From the NCBI GenBank assembly GCA_041752595.1, contig JBGSWE010000004.1, positions 23,057 to 87,056 on the forward strand: a DNA stretch of 64,000 nucleotides. The letters run 5' to 3'. The translations under genes were made by a program, and so were the position numbers. Position 1 is the first letter of the stretch. Every line of letters begins with the position of its first letter. The notes under the pieces are model-generated. The model ran no database searches and had not been told where the DNA came from. It worked only from the letters and a program-made list of their open reading frames with translations. This document shows, piece by piece, positions 9,849 to 19,744 of this stretch. Source of the stretch: Candidatus Saccharimonadales bacterium (lineage in GTDB: Bacteria; Patescibacteriota; Saccharimonadia; Saccharimonadales; JACDBH01).

Positions 9849-10991
9849 ATGCGCAAACGAATAAGTCTACTCATCATTGCAATAGTATTAAGCGTCGGCT
9901 CCTTTGCCAGCGTTAGGTTTGTGGCAGCTCAGAGTTTACAAGAGCAGATTAATGGTCTTCAGAACGAAAATAATGACACTAAGCAGCAAGTAAACGCTCT
10001 TAAGGTTGAAGCCGCTAGCTACCAAGACGCAATCAATTTATTACAAGGCCAAATCAACCAATATCAAGCAGAGATTAACCAACGTCAAGCAGAATCAGAA
10101 AAAATAAAATCAGAAATTGTTGTAGCAGAAGCTGAGCTACTTAAACAAAAGGATTTGCTTGGTCAAAATATCAAAGCTATGTATCTAGAAGGTGATATTA
10201 CTACGATTGAAATGCTAGCCACCAGCAAAAATCTCAGTGATTACTTTGACAAGCAACAATATAGAGAAGTGGTAAAGAACAAGATCAAAACTACTGTAGA
10301 CAAAGTGACTACTCTTAAAACAGAACTTCAAACCAAAAAAGAAGAAGTAGAAAAGATTATTAAACAACAAGAAGAACTGCGTGCTGCTACAGCTGTGCAA
10401 AAAGCCGAACAGGATAGGTTGCTCGGTTTTAACAAATCCCAACAGGCAGAATACAACGCTCAAGTAAAAGAAAACCAAGAAAAAATCAATGAGCTAAAGC
10501 GACTGCAGGCAATCGAAAACGCTCGTTTGTTTGGCGGTAGTGGTGGACTACTTGGTGGTGGTGGTTATCCCTGGGGATTAGCACCATGTGTACATACTGG
10601 TCAAATTGAAGGATATTGCTACAACTATGACTGGGGTGTGGGTGGTAGTCCATGGAACTGGCAAACTGGTGGTTATGGATATCGTAACTGTACCGACTGG
10701 GTGGCATTTAGGGTGAGAGTTGCTGGAGGTTACGTACCTGCAGGACTCGGAAACGCAAAAACCTGGGATGACCGCGGTCCTAGCTATGGTTTTGCTGTAA
10801 GTAGTACACCTCGTGTAGGTGCAGCGGCAGTTAGTAACAGCGGATTTTATGGACACGTTATGTATGTAGAAGCTGTAAATTCGGACGGCACCATTATTGT
10901 TAGCGACTACAATCGTGCCGGTACAGGCAAGTATGATATGAATGAACTCTCAGCAGCAACAGCATCAAACCTTCGTTATGTATACTTTTAA
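9849..10991 (+). CDS. Secreted coiled-coil plus CHAP-domain peptidoglycan hydrolase (PcsB-like architecture)
   Basis: A signal peptide begins at MRKRISLLIIAIVLSVGSFASVRFVAAQS, followed by about 200 aa of Q/E/K-rich heptad coiled coil and a Gly linker. The CHAP domain shows the catalytic Cys (YRNCTDWVAFR) and His (YGHVMYVEAV). The ORF-track start at 9792 lies inside the promoter. Confidence 0.8.
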   Translation: MRKRISLLIIAIVLSVGSFASVRFVAAQSLQEQINGLQNENNDTKQQVNALKVEAASYQDAINLLQGQINQYQAEINQRQAESEKIKSEIVVAEAELLKQKDLLGQNIKAMYLEGDITTIEMLATSKNLSDYFDKQQYREVVKNKIKTTVDKVTTLKTELQTKKEEVEKIIKQQEELRAATAVQKAEQDRLLGFNKSQQAEYNAQVKENQEKINELKRLQAIENARLFGGSGGLLGGGGYPWGLAPCVHTGQIEGYCYNYDWGVGGSPWNWQTGGYGYRNCTDWVAFRVRVAGGYVPAGLGNAKTWDDRGPSYGFAVSSTPRVGAAAVSNSGFYGHVMYVEAVNSDGTIIVSDYNRAGTGKYDMNELSAATASNLRYVYF

Positions 10992-11056
10992 TATTCTCAG
11001 TAAACCCACAGCGTTAGCGTGATACAATACCCCTTAACTAAAGGGGATAAAAACAC

Positions 11057-12286
11057 GTGGATCATCACAATAATCAAACTGTAGAAGTGCAAAAAAATAC
11101 TAATAAGAAAAAGCCGTTAATGAAATATGTTGGTATTGCCGTATTTACAGCCGCCGTTTTCGGTATGGGCTGGTTGATTGGCGGTGGTAAAGTACAAGTA
11201 AACCAATACAGTTCAATTGAAACTAATAACAATTTACCCGACAAACTTGATTATTCCAGTATTGACACTATCTATAATTCATTAAAAGAAAACTTTGATG
11301 GTGAGTTAGACGAAGCAAAACTAATTGAAGGACTCAAAAGTGGACTCGCAGAAGCCGCAGGCGATCCATATACAGAATATTTTAATCCGGAAGCAGCTAC
11401 AGACTTCCAGGCTGGTATTGATGGAACATTTGAGGGTATTGGTGCACAGCTAGGCAAAGACGCTGAAAATAATATTATTATAGTGTCCCCAATTGCAGGA
11501 TATCCTGCCGAAAAAGCTGGCTTAAGGCCCAAGGATATAATTGCAGAAATTGACGGTGAATCAGCATATGATCTTACTATCTCAGAGGCAGTTGATAAAA
11601 TCCGCGGCGAAAAGGGAACTTCAGTCAAACTTACAATAATTCGTGACAACAAACCAATAGAAGTAGAAATTACCAGAGAAACAATAGATATACCAAGCGT
11701 CAAAACAGAGATAAAGGACGGTGTGGGAATAATGACAATTAGTCGATTTGGTGATGATACTGTAGTGCTAGCAAAAAAGGCAGCTGACGAATTTAAAGCT
11801 GCTAATGTTACGGCAATAATTCTAGACCTTCGTAGTAATCCTGGTGGATATCTAGAGGGCGCAGTTGACGTATCTAGCTTGTGGCTAACAAAAGGTACAA
11901 CGGTATTAACAGAAAGACGAGATAACGTAGTAGTAGAAACCCTCAAAGCCAATGGTAGTGCACCGTTAAAAGGTATCAAAACTATAGTGCTTATTGATGA
12001 GGGTAGTGCTAGCGCCTCTGAGATAGTAGCCGGCGCACTCAAGGATAACGATGCAGCAACTCTTCTTGGTCAAAAATCCTTTGGTAAAGGTTCAGTACAA
12101 CAACCGGTCACATTAAAAGACGGTGGACTACTCAAAGTTACAATCGCTAGATGGTTTACACCAGATGGCAAAAACATTGATAAAGAAGGTATAGAACCAG
12201 ATCAAAAAGTTGAACTTACAACAGACGACATTGCTGCAGACAGGGACCCACAGCTAGAAGCGGCCCTCAAGTCATTAAACCAATAG
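11057..12286 (+). CDS. ctpA: S41 family carboxy-terminal processing protease
   Basis: GTG start and an N-terminal TM. The PDZ region contains GYPAEKAGLRPKDII, and the S41 core contains LIDEGSASASEIVAGALKD and KSFGKGSVQ. Confidence 0.9.
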   Translation: MDHHNNQTVEVQKNTNKKKPLMKYVGIAVFTAAVFGMGWLIGGGKVQVNQYSSIETNNNLPDKLDYSSIDTIYNSLKENFDGELDEAKLIEGLKSGLAEAAGDPYTEYFNPEAATDFQAGIDGTFEGIGAQLGKDAENNIIIVSPIAGYPAEKAGLRPKDIIAEIDGESAYDLTISEAVDKIRGEKGTSVKLTIIRDNKPIEVEITRETIDIPSVKTEIKDGVGIMTISRFGDDTVVLAKKAADEFKAANVTAIILDLRSNPGGYLEGAVDVSSLWLTKGTTVLTERRDNVVVETLKANGSAPLKGIKTIVLIDEGSASASEIVAGALKDNDAATLLGQKSFGKGSVQQPVTLKDGGLLKVTIARWFTPDGKNIDKEGIEPDQKVELTTDDIAADRDPQLEAALKSLNQ

Positions 12287-12359
12287 ATACTTGCCCTTTT
12301 CTATAGAGCTGTTGCTGTGTTAGCATTAGTCATAGATAAACAGAGGGAGAACTAGGGGC

Positions 12360-13958
12360 GTGGCAAAACGACCAACTAAGTATGTGTTCGTAACAGGGGG
12401 AGTACTTTCAGGCGTAGGAAAGGGTATTACGGCCGCCTCTATTGGTAATATACTTAAATCCCGGGGGCTTAATGTAAATATCCAAAAATGTGACCCTTAT
12501 CTAAACGTAGACGCCGGTACGCTTAACCCCGCAGAACATGGTGAGTGTTTTGTTACCAAAGACGGCGCAGAAACAGACCTTGACCTAGGCCACTACGAGA
12601 GATTTTTGGATATCGAGCTTACTCAATCAAGTTCATTTATGAGTGGCAGGGTTTTACAAAGAGTAATTACAGACGAAAGGGCCGGCAAATACTTAGGTAA
12701 AACTGTACAATTTATTCCACATGTAACCTCTGCGATCCAGGACGAAATACAGGCTACAGCAGAAGGTTTTGATGTACATATTGTAGAAATTGGTGGTACG
12801 GTTGGCGACTACGAAGGCCTAAGTTTCATAGAAGGTATCCGCGAACTTGCAATGAGAGTTGGCAGGGAAAACTGTGTATTTGTTCATGTTGTTTATCTGC
12901 CATATCTAGGTGCAAGCAAAGAAATTAAAACCAAGCCTGCTCAGAACGCAGTCCGTGAACTTAGGGGCCTTGGAATAGTGCCAGATGTTCTTGTTGCACG
13001 CTCAGAAACACATGCCGATAACAGTGTGATAGCAAAACTTAGCTTATTCAGCGGTGTCGAAAAAGAGGCTATAATTTTACTACCAAACGCCAGTACCATT
13101 TACGAAGTACCCCTAACTTTTGAAGCCAAAGGAATAGACAAAGTAATTACCGACAAGCTTGGCCTCAAAGCAGGTAAGCCAAATCTCAAAGAATGGCGTC
13201 AAGTTGTAGAACGAGCCAAAAACGGTCACCAAAAAACTCTCCGCATTGGTATTGTTGCAAAATATCTAAACAATAATGACACATACATGTCTGTTTTCGA
13301 AGCTCTAAATGCTGCCGCATGGCAATATAAATCCAAAACAGAACTAGTTTGGATAGATGCCGAAAAATTAGTCACAGAAAAAGACGTAGCTAAAGCTGTT
13401 AAAGATGTTGATGGTATTGTCGTGCCCGGGGGCTTTGGTCCAAGAGCTATAGAGGGCAAAATTATAGCCGCCCAATATGCACTTAAAAACAAGCTACCAT
13501 ATCTAGGGTTATGTCTTGGTATGCAGGTAGCCGTAATAGCCGCTGGACGTAACTCAGGTCTAGAAGATGCAAATTCAACAGAGTTTAATTTAGATACAGA
13601 ACACCCCGTCATTAGTACTATGGCGAGTCAAAAGGGCAAAGAAAACACAGGCGGAAGCATGCGCCTTGGCAATTACGATGCAGTACTTGTCAAAAATTCC
13701 TTAGCCCATAAGCTTTATAAGCATGAAACAATCGTAGAACGCCACAGACATCGCTATGAATGCAACAATGACTACAGAGACCAGTATCAAAGTTGGGGCA
13801 TCGTAGCCTCTGGTACGTCTCCTGATAGCCATCTCGTAGAAATCATCGAGGCAATTGACCACCCATTCTTTATTGGTAGCCAGTTTCACCCAGAATTTAA
13901 GTCTCGTCCCAATAAACCCCACCCAATGTTTAGTGGATTTATAAAGACACTGTTGTAA
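12360..13958 (+). CDS. pyrG: CTP synthase
   Basis: 532 aa with YVFVTGGVLSGVGKG, the GATase Cys in GLCLGMQ, and HRHRYE. Confidence 0.97.
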   Translation: MAKRPTKYVFVTGGVLSGVGKGITAASIGNILKSRGLNVNIQKCDPYLNVDAGTLNPAEHGECFVTKDGAETDLDLGHYERFLDIELTQSSSFMSGRVLQRVITDERAGKYLGKTVQFIPHVTSAIQDEIQATAEGFDVHIVEIGGTVGDYEGLSFIEGIRELAMRVGRENCVFVHVVYLPYLGASKEIKTKPAQNAVRELRGLGIVPDVLVARSETHADNSVIAKLSLFSGVEKEAIILLPNASTIYEVPLTFEAKGIDKVITDKLGLKAGKPNLKEWRQVVERAKNGHQKTLRIGIVAKYLNNNDTYMSVFEALNAAAWQYKSKTELVWIDAEKLVTEKDVAKAVKDVDGIVVPGGFGPRAIEGKIIAAQYALKNKLPYLGLCLGMQVAVIAAGRNSGLEDANSTEFNLDTEHPVISTMASQKGKENTGGSMRLGNYDAVLVKNSLAHKLYKHETIVERHRHRYECNNDYRDQYQSWGIVASGTSPDSHLVEIIEAIDHPFFIGSQFHPEFKSRPNKPHPMFSGFIKTLL

Positions 13959-13988
13959 GTTTTTAACTGATAAGATAACATAAGACTT

Positions 13989-14390
13989 ATGGAAGAAAAT
14001 ACAGCTCCAACCTCAGCACGCCGAAAGAAAATTTTATTAGTAGAAGACGACGAAGGTCTTGCCCAAGTTTATGTTACTCGCCTCGATATAGAAGGCTTCG
14101 AAGTGAAAAGGGTACCAAATGGTGAGGATGCTCTTGCATCTGCACTTCAATTCAAGCCAGACCTCATACTATTAGATGTTATGATGCCCAAAGTAAATGG
14201 TTTTGATGTTCTTGATATTTTGCGTAACACCCCAGAAACCACAAACATCAAGGTAATTATGCTCACAGCCCTTAGTCAGGAGGCTGATCGCAAAAAGGCC
14301 GAAGAAATGGGTGTCGACGATTATCTAGTAAAATCCCAAGTTGTTATCTCCGACGTTGTAGAACGCGTCAAAATGCACCTCGGCAACTAA
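13989..14390 (+). CDS. Single-domain response regulator (receiver only)
   Basis: It has the acidic pair LLVEDDE, the phospho-Asp in DLILLDVMMP, LTA and the conserved Lys in LVKS. There is no output domain. It is about 60% identical by eye to the N-terminus of 53346..55010. Confidence 0.9.
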   Translation: MEENTAPTSARRKKILLVEDDEGLAQVYVTRLDIEGFEVKRVPNGEDALASALQFKPDLILLDVMMPKVNGFDVLDILRNTPETTNIKVIMLTALSQEADRKKAEEMGVDDYLVKSQVVISDVVERVKMHLGN

Positions 14391-14412
14391 GTAGCTTAAT
14401 TATATTTTATTA

Positions 14413-14438
14413 AACACCTCTAGGTAGGGGTGTTTTTT
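14413..14438 (+). terminator. Rho-independent terminator
   Basis: Stem AACACCTC/GGGGTGTT with loop TAGGTA, followed by a T-run. Confidence 0.6.
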
Positions 14439-14450
14439 AATGCAACAGTA

Positions 14451-14479
14451 TTGACAAAAAACAAAGCTTATGCTAAGAT
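14451..14479 (+). promoter_or_regulatory. Sigma-70-like promoter (TTGACA-17-TAAGAT)
   Basis: An exact -35 hexamer, a 17-nt spacer and the -10 TAAGAT sit 25 nt upstream of the ATG at 14504. Confidence 0.5.
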
Positions 14480-14503
14480 TATATCCATAGGAATAAAACA
14501 AAA

Positions 14504-15910
14504 ATGTTAGAGCAAATACAAAATAACAATGCACAAACACTAGATCAACCCGATGCTAATACTGAACATCAGCTTGATCGTATAGAGGGCGTGCCTTCGA
14601 CAGAAGTATTTGCTTCAGAAGAACAGTTATCGGATTTAGTTTTGGATTCAATGAAAAATGGGACAATAACAACAAGTTACATTGAGCAAGGAAGGGGTGA
14701 TTTTAAGCCATTCGTACGATTGGATCAACAAGATGTCGACGAGACCAGGCTACAGGGCTACGATAAACAATACAAATCTGGCACCATTGGCGAGCTACCG
14801 TTTAGAGATATAGATGTAGCAATTAGAAAAACAGAAGAAGAAGTATCTACCCGAGTTGGAGAAACAGTCTTTTCGGAAAATAGTTGGTATCTAACCGAGC
14901 CTAATCTGAAAGAAGATGTTGCTAATGGGCGGGTTTCTGAACAGTTTATCGCTACTGATGGTAAAAGAGAAATTAGAATTGTAAACTTTTCTGGTACCAA
15001 ATTAACTGATGAACAAGCCGAACAGATGCACCAAGTAATAAAAACAGTATCTGCTATAAGCGGGGGTGCTTCATTTGATGCAGTAAATGCGATTTGTTTT
15101 CTTGGTTCTGACAAATTTAAGGGTGACGTAGTAGGTTCGGCCAGAGGAGTAACAGGCGTTATAGTTCTAAACGAAAGCCTAATTAATGGAGAAGCAGATG
15201 CTCGGCCTGATTTAAAGTTTAAAGATATTGACCAAAACGGACTGGAAACTACTTTAGCCCATGAAATGGCACATCTAGTTGAGTTAAAAGATCCACAGTT
15301 TGGCGCATATGCTAAAGGGACTGGATGGGAAACAGCGGTTAATGCATTTACAGATGATCAAGGAAATGCAGTTAGAGATAGTCGGTCAGTTCTTAAAACA
15401 CCTAGTATGGTGGCTATTAATGATAAAGAAGATAAAGCCCAAATGGTAAGTGCTGTTAACGAGTTTGGTGTTGATCAGACTACAGCCGCAAAACCCGTTA
15501 CAAGATATGCTTATACAAATGAACGCGAAGATTTAGCTGAGGCGTTTGTTGTCTACGCTAACTCCGATAGAGACGATGTTGCAAGTCTTGATTCATTGCG
15601 CCGGGGAGCACTAGAAGGTGTGATGAGAAGGGCTGCAAAAGCCGGTGATGCTATACACGGACCTTTAAACATACAGATGATCCAATTAGATCCTTCTGAA
15701 AAGATTGGCGCTCGAATTATCCCCAAAAACTACACCATAAGCGAACCTCATTTTACTTATTCTAATCCTGAAAATAAGGGTGAACAAGCTGCGAAGGCTA
15801 AGAAAGCTCCAACGGTTGAGGAAGCATATACAGAGACTAGTAATACTTTTGTTGACGACTATGGTAATGAAGTTACAAAATACAATAAACGCTCGCCGAT
15901 AACTCACTAG
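14504..15910 (+). CDS. HExxH zinc metallopeptidase-like protein (possibly ATLF/M34-like), no signal peptide
   Basis: LAHEMAHLVE is followed about 90 aa later by NEREDLAEAFVVYA, resembling the HExxH...E-x-x-AEAF arrangement of lethal-factor/Pro-Pro endopeptidase-type enzymes. This was matched by eye only. Confidence 0.4.
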   Translation: MLEQIQNNNAQTLDQPDANTEHQLDRIEGVPSTEVFASEEQLSDLVLDSMKNGTITTSYIEQGRGDFKPFVRLDQQDVDETRLQGYDKQYKSGTIGELPFRDIDVAIRKTEEEVSTRVGETVFSENSWYLTEPNLKEDVANGRVSEQFIATDGKREIRIVNFSGTKLTDEQAEQMHQVIKTVSAISGGASFDAVNAICFLGSDKFKGDVVGSARGVTGVIVLNESLINGEADARPDLKFKDIDQNGLETTLAHEMAHLVELKDPQFGAYAKGTGWETAVNAFTDDQGNAVRDSRSVLKTPSMVAINDKEDKAQMVSAVNEFGVDQTTAAKPVTRYAYTNEREDLAEAFVVYANSDRDDVASLDSLRRGALEGVMRRAAKAGDAIHGPLNIQMIQLDPSEKIGARIIPKNYTISEPHFTYSNPENKGEQAAKAKKAPTVEEAYTETSNTFVDDYGNEVTKYNKRSPITH

Positions 15911-15925
15911 TTATAAAATATCTAA

Positions 15926-16198
15926 TTAAACGACTGTGACTTCGGTGCGCCAGACAGTTTTGCCTGTAAATGTTTTGATTTTTCGTTTGCGGAAAGTTAC
16001 AACACCATCACGATCTGCATGTATTGAGTAGTTGCGAGCTAATTTAGTGCCAACACCTGCGCGCTTTGTTAGACCTACTTGGCGGACGATAATCTGGCCA
16101 ACAGAAACTTTTTCGCCACCAAAAAGCTTAACACCGAGGCGAGGGCCACCGTTGTTGCGGTTGTTTTTACTTGTTCCACCAGCTTTTACATGTGACAT
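15926..16198 (-). CDS. rpmA: 50S ribosomal protein L27
   Basis: MSHVKAGGTSKNNRNNGGPRLGVKLFGGE...IIVRQ matches the L27 consensus. Confidence 0.95.
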   Translation of the reverse strand: MSHVKAGGTSKNNRNNGGPRLGVKLFGGEKVSVGQIIVRQVGLTKRAGVGTKLARNYSIHADRDGVVTFRKRKIKTFTGKTVWRTEVTVV

Positions 16199-16214
16199 AG
16201 GACTACTACTACCT

Positions 16215-17384
16215 TTACTTCTTTTCTAATACGACGAGCTCACGGGCGACAATCTGATCAGGGCGGTGATAAACCAGCTGATCTGTTCCCGCGTGTTCGA
16301 AACTCATACGAGTATAGCCTAATTTGTCTAATAAATCAAGCGTTTTAAGGTGTAGGAAGCCATTATTTTGCTTCCAGGCAGGAACTGCCAAACAAAGTCT
16401 TGTTCCAGAAGCTAACTGATTACCGATATTTATCAAAAATTGTTCGTGAATTTTATCGCAACCTGAACGAATTTGGTCCATTACGTGCCTTGGTGGTAGC
16501 GAGGTGAGTGGTTTGCCTAAATATGTTTCGCAAGCTACCACGCCAAGTGGCTTTTGCCACCTAAAGTTAACTGCATCGCCAATTTCTATTAGTCCTATGT
16601 TGTGCTTGGTATTATGGGTTGATTCTAGCCAGGCTAAGTTGGCAATAGCGTACTCGACCATTCTTGGCTCTAGATCCGTTCCGTAATAACTAAATCCCAT
16701 GAGAGCGGCTTCTTGTAAAATAACCCCAGTACCGCAAAAGGGGTCAAGTACCCTCATGTCCTTATCGGGATTTGTAAGATTGATAATTAATTGAGCTAGT
16801 TTGGGGGGTAGCATACCAACTCTGGCGTCTCTTTTGGGGCGATTTTGATCACGTCTTGAATATGCTTCGATGTCTTGTTCATTAGTCGTTAGGGCGATTA
16901 TTGTTTTGGAGCCATCTTTAACCATTACAAGTTCCCAGCCTGTTGCAGAGGTGAGCTGATTATGTAAAACCTGAGCACTATTTAGTTCGTTAGATTTATT
17001 GGGAATAATCCTAATAGAGCGGCCACTAGACTTAATTATTTTTTTAAGTCTTAAGCCTGTAGCGTTCATGACATCAGTACGGACATTTAAACCAAAACTA
17101 CTTAAGCCTAATTTGAATTTACCCTCCGGGATATATTGCAGGTGGTCTGGAATCATTTGGCCCAAGTATGTTTCTATCTTCTGCCAATCTGTAAAGTCGA
17201 GTATGTTCAGTATTTTAGCTAGTTTTACGCTGCCACCAAGTCTATTGAAGTCAATTTTTGTTGGTTCCATATCTAGACATACAGCGTCATTACTGATTAC
17301 GCGTAGCTTATCGGCCCCATAAAGGCTTTCTAGTTCGGCAATTCCAAGGCTTGGTTGGCGTCCAAGAATAATTATTGATTTCAT
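16215..17384 (-). CDS. Class I SAM-dependent methyltransferase (Trm11/RlmL-like, probable RNA methyltransferase)
   Basis: It has a THUMP-like N-terminal half and SAM motif I VLDPFCGTGVILQEAALMG. Confidence 0.6.
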   Translation of the reverse strand: MKSIIILGRQPSLGIAELESLYGADKLRVISNDAVCLDMEPTKIDFNRLGGSVKLAKILNILDFTDWQKIETYLGQMIPDHLQYIPEGKFKLGLSSFGLNVRTDVMNATGLRLKKIIKSSGRSIRIIPNKSNELNSAQVLHNQLTSATGWELVMVKDGSKTIIALTTNEQDIEAYSRRDQNRPKRDARVGMLPPKLAQLIINLTNPDKDMRVLDPFCGTGVILQEAALMGFSYYGTDLEPRMVEYAIANLAWLESTHNTKHNIGLIEIGDAVNFRWQKPLGVVACETYLGKPLTSLPPRHVMDQIRSGCDKIHEQFLINIGNQLASGTRLCLAVPAWKQNNGFLHLKTLDLLDKLGYTRMSFEHAGTDQLVYHRPDQIVARELVVLEKK

Positions 17385-17408
17385 TACTGTTATAATACTT
17401 GAATAGTT

Positions 17409-18485
17409 ATGGCACTGAAAATTAAAACCGATTTCAAGTTTTGGCTAAACATTATTACTTTTGCTGCTTTGCTGTTTTTGGTCTATATTTCTTGGGACCA
17501 AATTGTAGAAGCATTTCGTGAGTTCGATGGTTTAAAAACCTGGGCACTGCTACTTATGATTCCAATCCAAGGATTAAGTTACTTCGGTGTAGCTAAGTTC
17601 TATAAAATGTTTTTAGATAAACAAGGTGAATCAATCAGCCTTAAAGAATTCTATAAAGTTGCTCTAGAGTTAAATTTTGTAGGTAATGTATTTCCCAGTG
17701 GTGGCGTTAGCGGATTTAGTTACTTTAGTATCAGGATGAAACAGCTCGGCGTTCCTGCATCTAAAAGTGCATTAGCACAATTATTGAGGTTTTCGTTAAC
17801 TTTTGTTTCATTCTTGATTCTTTTAATGTTTGGTGTTTTTGCACTTTCTTTAAGCTCCAGCGCTGGCGGTTTTATAATTTTAGTCAGCTCAATAATTGTT
17901 TTGGGTATTATATTTGGAGCTGCAGTAGGTGCTTATATAGTTAGTAGTCCTCGTAGGATTAAGGCTTTCGTCAGCTGGTTACCTAAAGCTGTAAATTATG
18001 TTGCTAAAAAGTTTAAACGCAATAAAGCAAAAAGTTTAATAAATATTGAAAAAGTGGAGAACACTCTAGAAGATTTGAATAAGGACTATAGAGTTTTAAG
18101 AACTGACATGACGTTAGTAAAAAACTTGTTTAAATGGGCATTAGTTATCAATATCACAGAAGTTCTGACTATTTATATGGTTTATGTTGCGTTTGGTGAG
18201 CTGATTAACCCGGGTGCTTTGATTATTGCCTATGCAGTGGCTAATTTTGCAGGGCTAATAGCAATATTGCCAGGTGGGGTTGGAGTATATGAAGGCTTAA
18301 TGACAGCAACTCTAGCTGGTGCCGGCGTTCCAAAGGCTTTCGCTTTGTCGGCAACGGTTATTTATAGGGTTTTATCTATCGTCTTTTTCTTGCCGATTGG
18401 TTACTATTTCTACCACAAAGCGATAAAAGAAGGTGGTGTAATTATTAAGGATAATGACCATGCTGCCGCTTCTGACACCAAGTGA
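17409..18485 (+). CDS. Polytopic membrane protein, UPF0104/lysyl-PG-synthase-TM-like (flippase-like)
   Basis: About 8 predicted TM helices with a central basic loop (KKFKRNKAKS) and a PGGVGVYE motif typical of the family. Confidence 0.55.
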   Translation: MALKIKTDFKFWLNIITFAALLFLVYISWDQIVEAFREFDGLKTWALLLMIPIQGLSYFGVAKFYKMFLDKQGESISLKEFYKVALELNFVGNVFPSGGVSGFSYFSIRMKQLGVPASKSALAQLLRFSLTFVSFLILLMFGVFALSLSSSAGGFIILVSSIIVLGIIFGAAVGAYIVSSPRRIKAFVSWLPKAVNYVAKKFKRNKAKSLINIEKVENTLEDLNKDYRVLRTDMTLVKNLFKWALVINITEVLTIYMVYVAFGELINPGALIIAYAVANFAGLIAILPGGVGVYEGLMTATLAGAGVPKAFALSATVIYRVLSIVFFLPIGYYFYHKAIKEGGVIIKDNDHAAASDTK

Positions 18486-19554
18486 TTTCGTAGCTCTAGT
18501 TAATCAAACATTTGATTTTGCATTCCCAATTGTAGAAATTCAGGGTGAAGTAACAAACTATAAGGTCAGTAAGAATCGTTGGGTATATTTTGATATTGCC
18601 GATGATAATACTAAGATTCGTTGTTTTGGAACTGTTTACATGCTGCCAGGCCCGGTTGAAGACGGTATGGTGGTTCGAATTACTGCATCACCTAAATTGC
18701 ACCAACAATTTGGATTTAGTCTTAATTTACAAAGCTTACAATTTAGCGGCGAGGGCACAATTAAAAAGGCATCTGATTTATTGGCGTCACAATTAGACAA
18801 GGAAGGGCTTTTTGCAGAAGAGCGTAAAAGAATATTGCCTTATCCACCAACCAAAATTGCATTAGTAACATCTGCTGAATCAGCAGCCTATAAGGATTTT
18901 GTTAAGGTGCTTTCCGCCAGGCAGGGCGGGATAAATATAGAACTTGCAGATATTACGGTGCAAGGCGAATCTTCACCGGCCCAAATCGTAAGAGCAATAG
19001 AGTGGTTTAATAAAGTTGCAGAAATTGCTGATGTCTTAGTAATTATTCGTGGTGGTGGTAGTGCTGACGATCTACAAGCATTTAGTAGCGAACAAGTAGT
19101 TAGAGCAGTTGCTGCAAGTCGTATACCAACCATGGTAGCAATTGGACATGAGGTGGATATTTCTCTTGCCGAACTTGCGGCCGACAAAAGAGCTAGCACC
19201 CCCAGTAACGCAGCTGAGCTATTGGTGCCAGATAGAAAAGATATTTTAATCCGCCTAAAGCAAGACTTTGCCACATTACAAAAGTATACAAATGGTTTAT
19301 TAGAGAATCAGGCAAATATAAATATAGAAAATGCTAAGTTTCTACGTAATGTTTCAGCTGAGCCATTACAAAAATTCGAAACTAAACTAAATCAATCTTT
19401 ACGTACGCTAAAGGCGCTAAGCCCACAAGCAATTCTAGAAAGAGGCTATAGTATCGTTAGACAAAATCAAAAAGTAGTAAAAAGTTCAAAAAAATTAAAT
19501 GGTGTAGTACAGATTCAATTTTCTGACGGTAATGTAGGAGCCGAGGTACAATAA
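18454..19554 (+). CDS. xseA: Exodeoxyribonuclease VII large subunit
   Basis: The OB-fold N-terminus contains VEIQGEVTNYKVSKNRWVYFDIAD. The core contains IIRGGGSADDLQAFS and AIGHEVDISLAELAADKRASTPSNAAELL. Confidence 0.92.
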   Translation: MTMLPLLTPSDFVALVNQTFDFAFPIVEIQGEVTNYKVSKNRWVYFDIADDNTKIRCFGTVYMLPGPVEDGMVVRITASPKLHQQFGFSLNLQSLQFSGEGTIKKASDLLASQLDKEGLFAEERKRILPYPPTKIALVTSAESAAYKDFVKVLSARQGGINIELADITVQGESSPAQIVRAIEWFNKVAEIADVLVIIRGGGSADDLQAFSSEQVVRAVAASRIPTMVAIGHEVDISLAELAADKRASTPSNAAELLVPDRKDILIRLKQDFATLQKYTNGLLENQANINIENAKFLRNVSAEPLQKFETKLNQSLRTLKALSPQAILERGYSIVRQNQKVVKSSKKLNGVVQIQFSDGNVGAEVQ

Positions 19555-19558
19555 CATT

Positions 19559-19744
19559 ATGACTACAAATGAATTACAACTAGAACTAGAGCAAATAATT
19601 GATTGGTTTGAGTCCGAAGAAGCCGATATCGACGAAGCAGCTGCAAAATATAAGCGCGGACTAGAAATAGTAGAAGAACTAAAAAAGCGGCTTAATAATA
19701 CAAAAAATGAAATCACAAAGCTAAATAAAAACTTTAGCGATTAA
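19559..19744 (+). CDS. xseB: Exodeoxyribonuclease VII small subunit
   Basis: 61 aa with LEQIIDWFESEEADIDEAAAKYKRGLEIVEELKKRL. It directly follows xseA. Confidence 0.88.
   Translation: MTTNELQLELEQIIDWFESEEADIDEAAAKYKRGLEIVEELKKRLNNTKNEITKLNKNFSD

Noticed and set aside
11272-12042. A 256-aa minus-strand ORF.
   Set aside because: It lies entirely antisense to the well-supported S41 protease gene and is serine/leucine-rich with no motifs.
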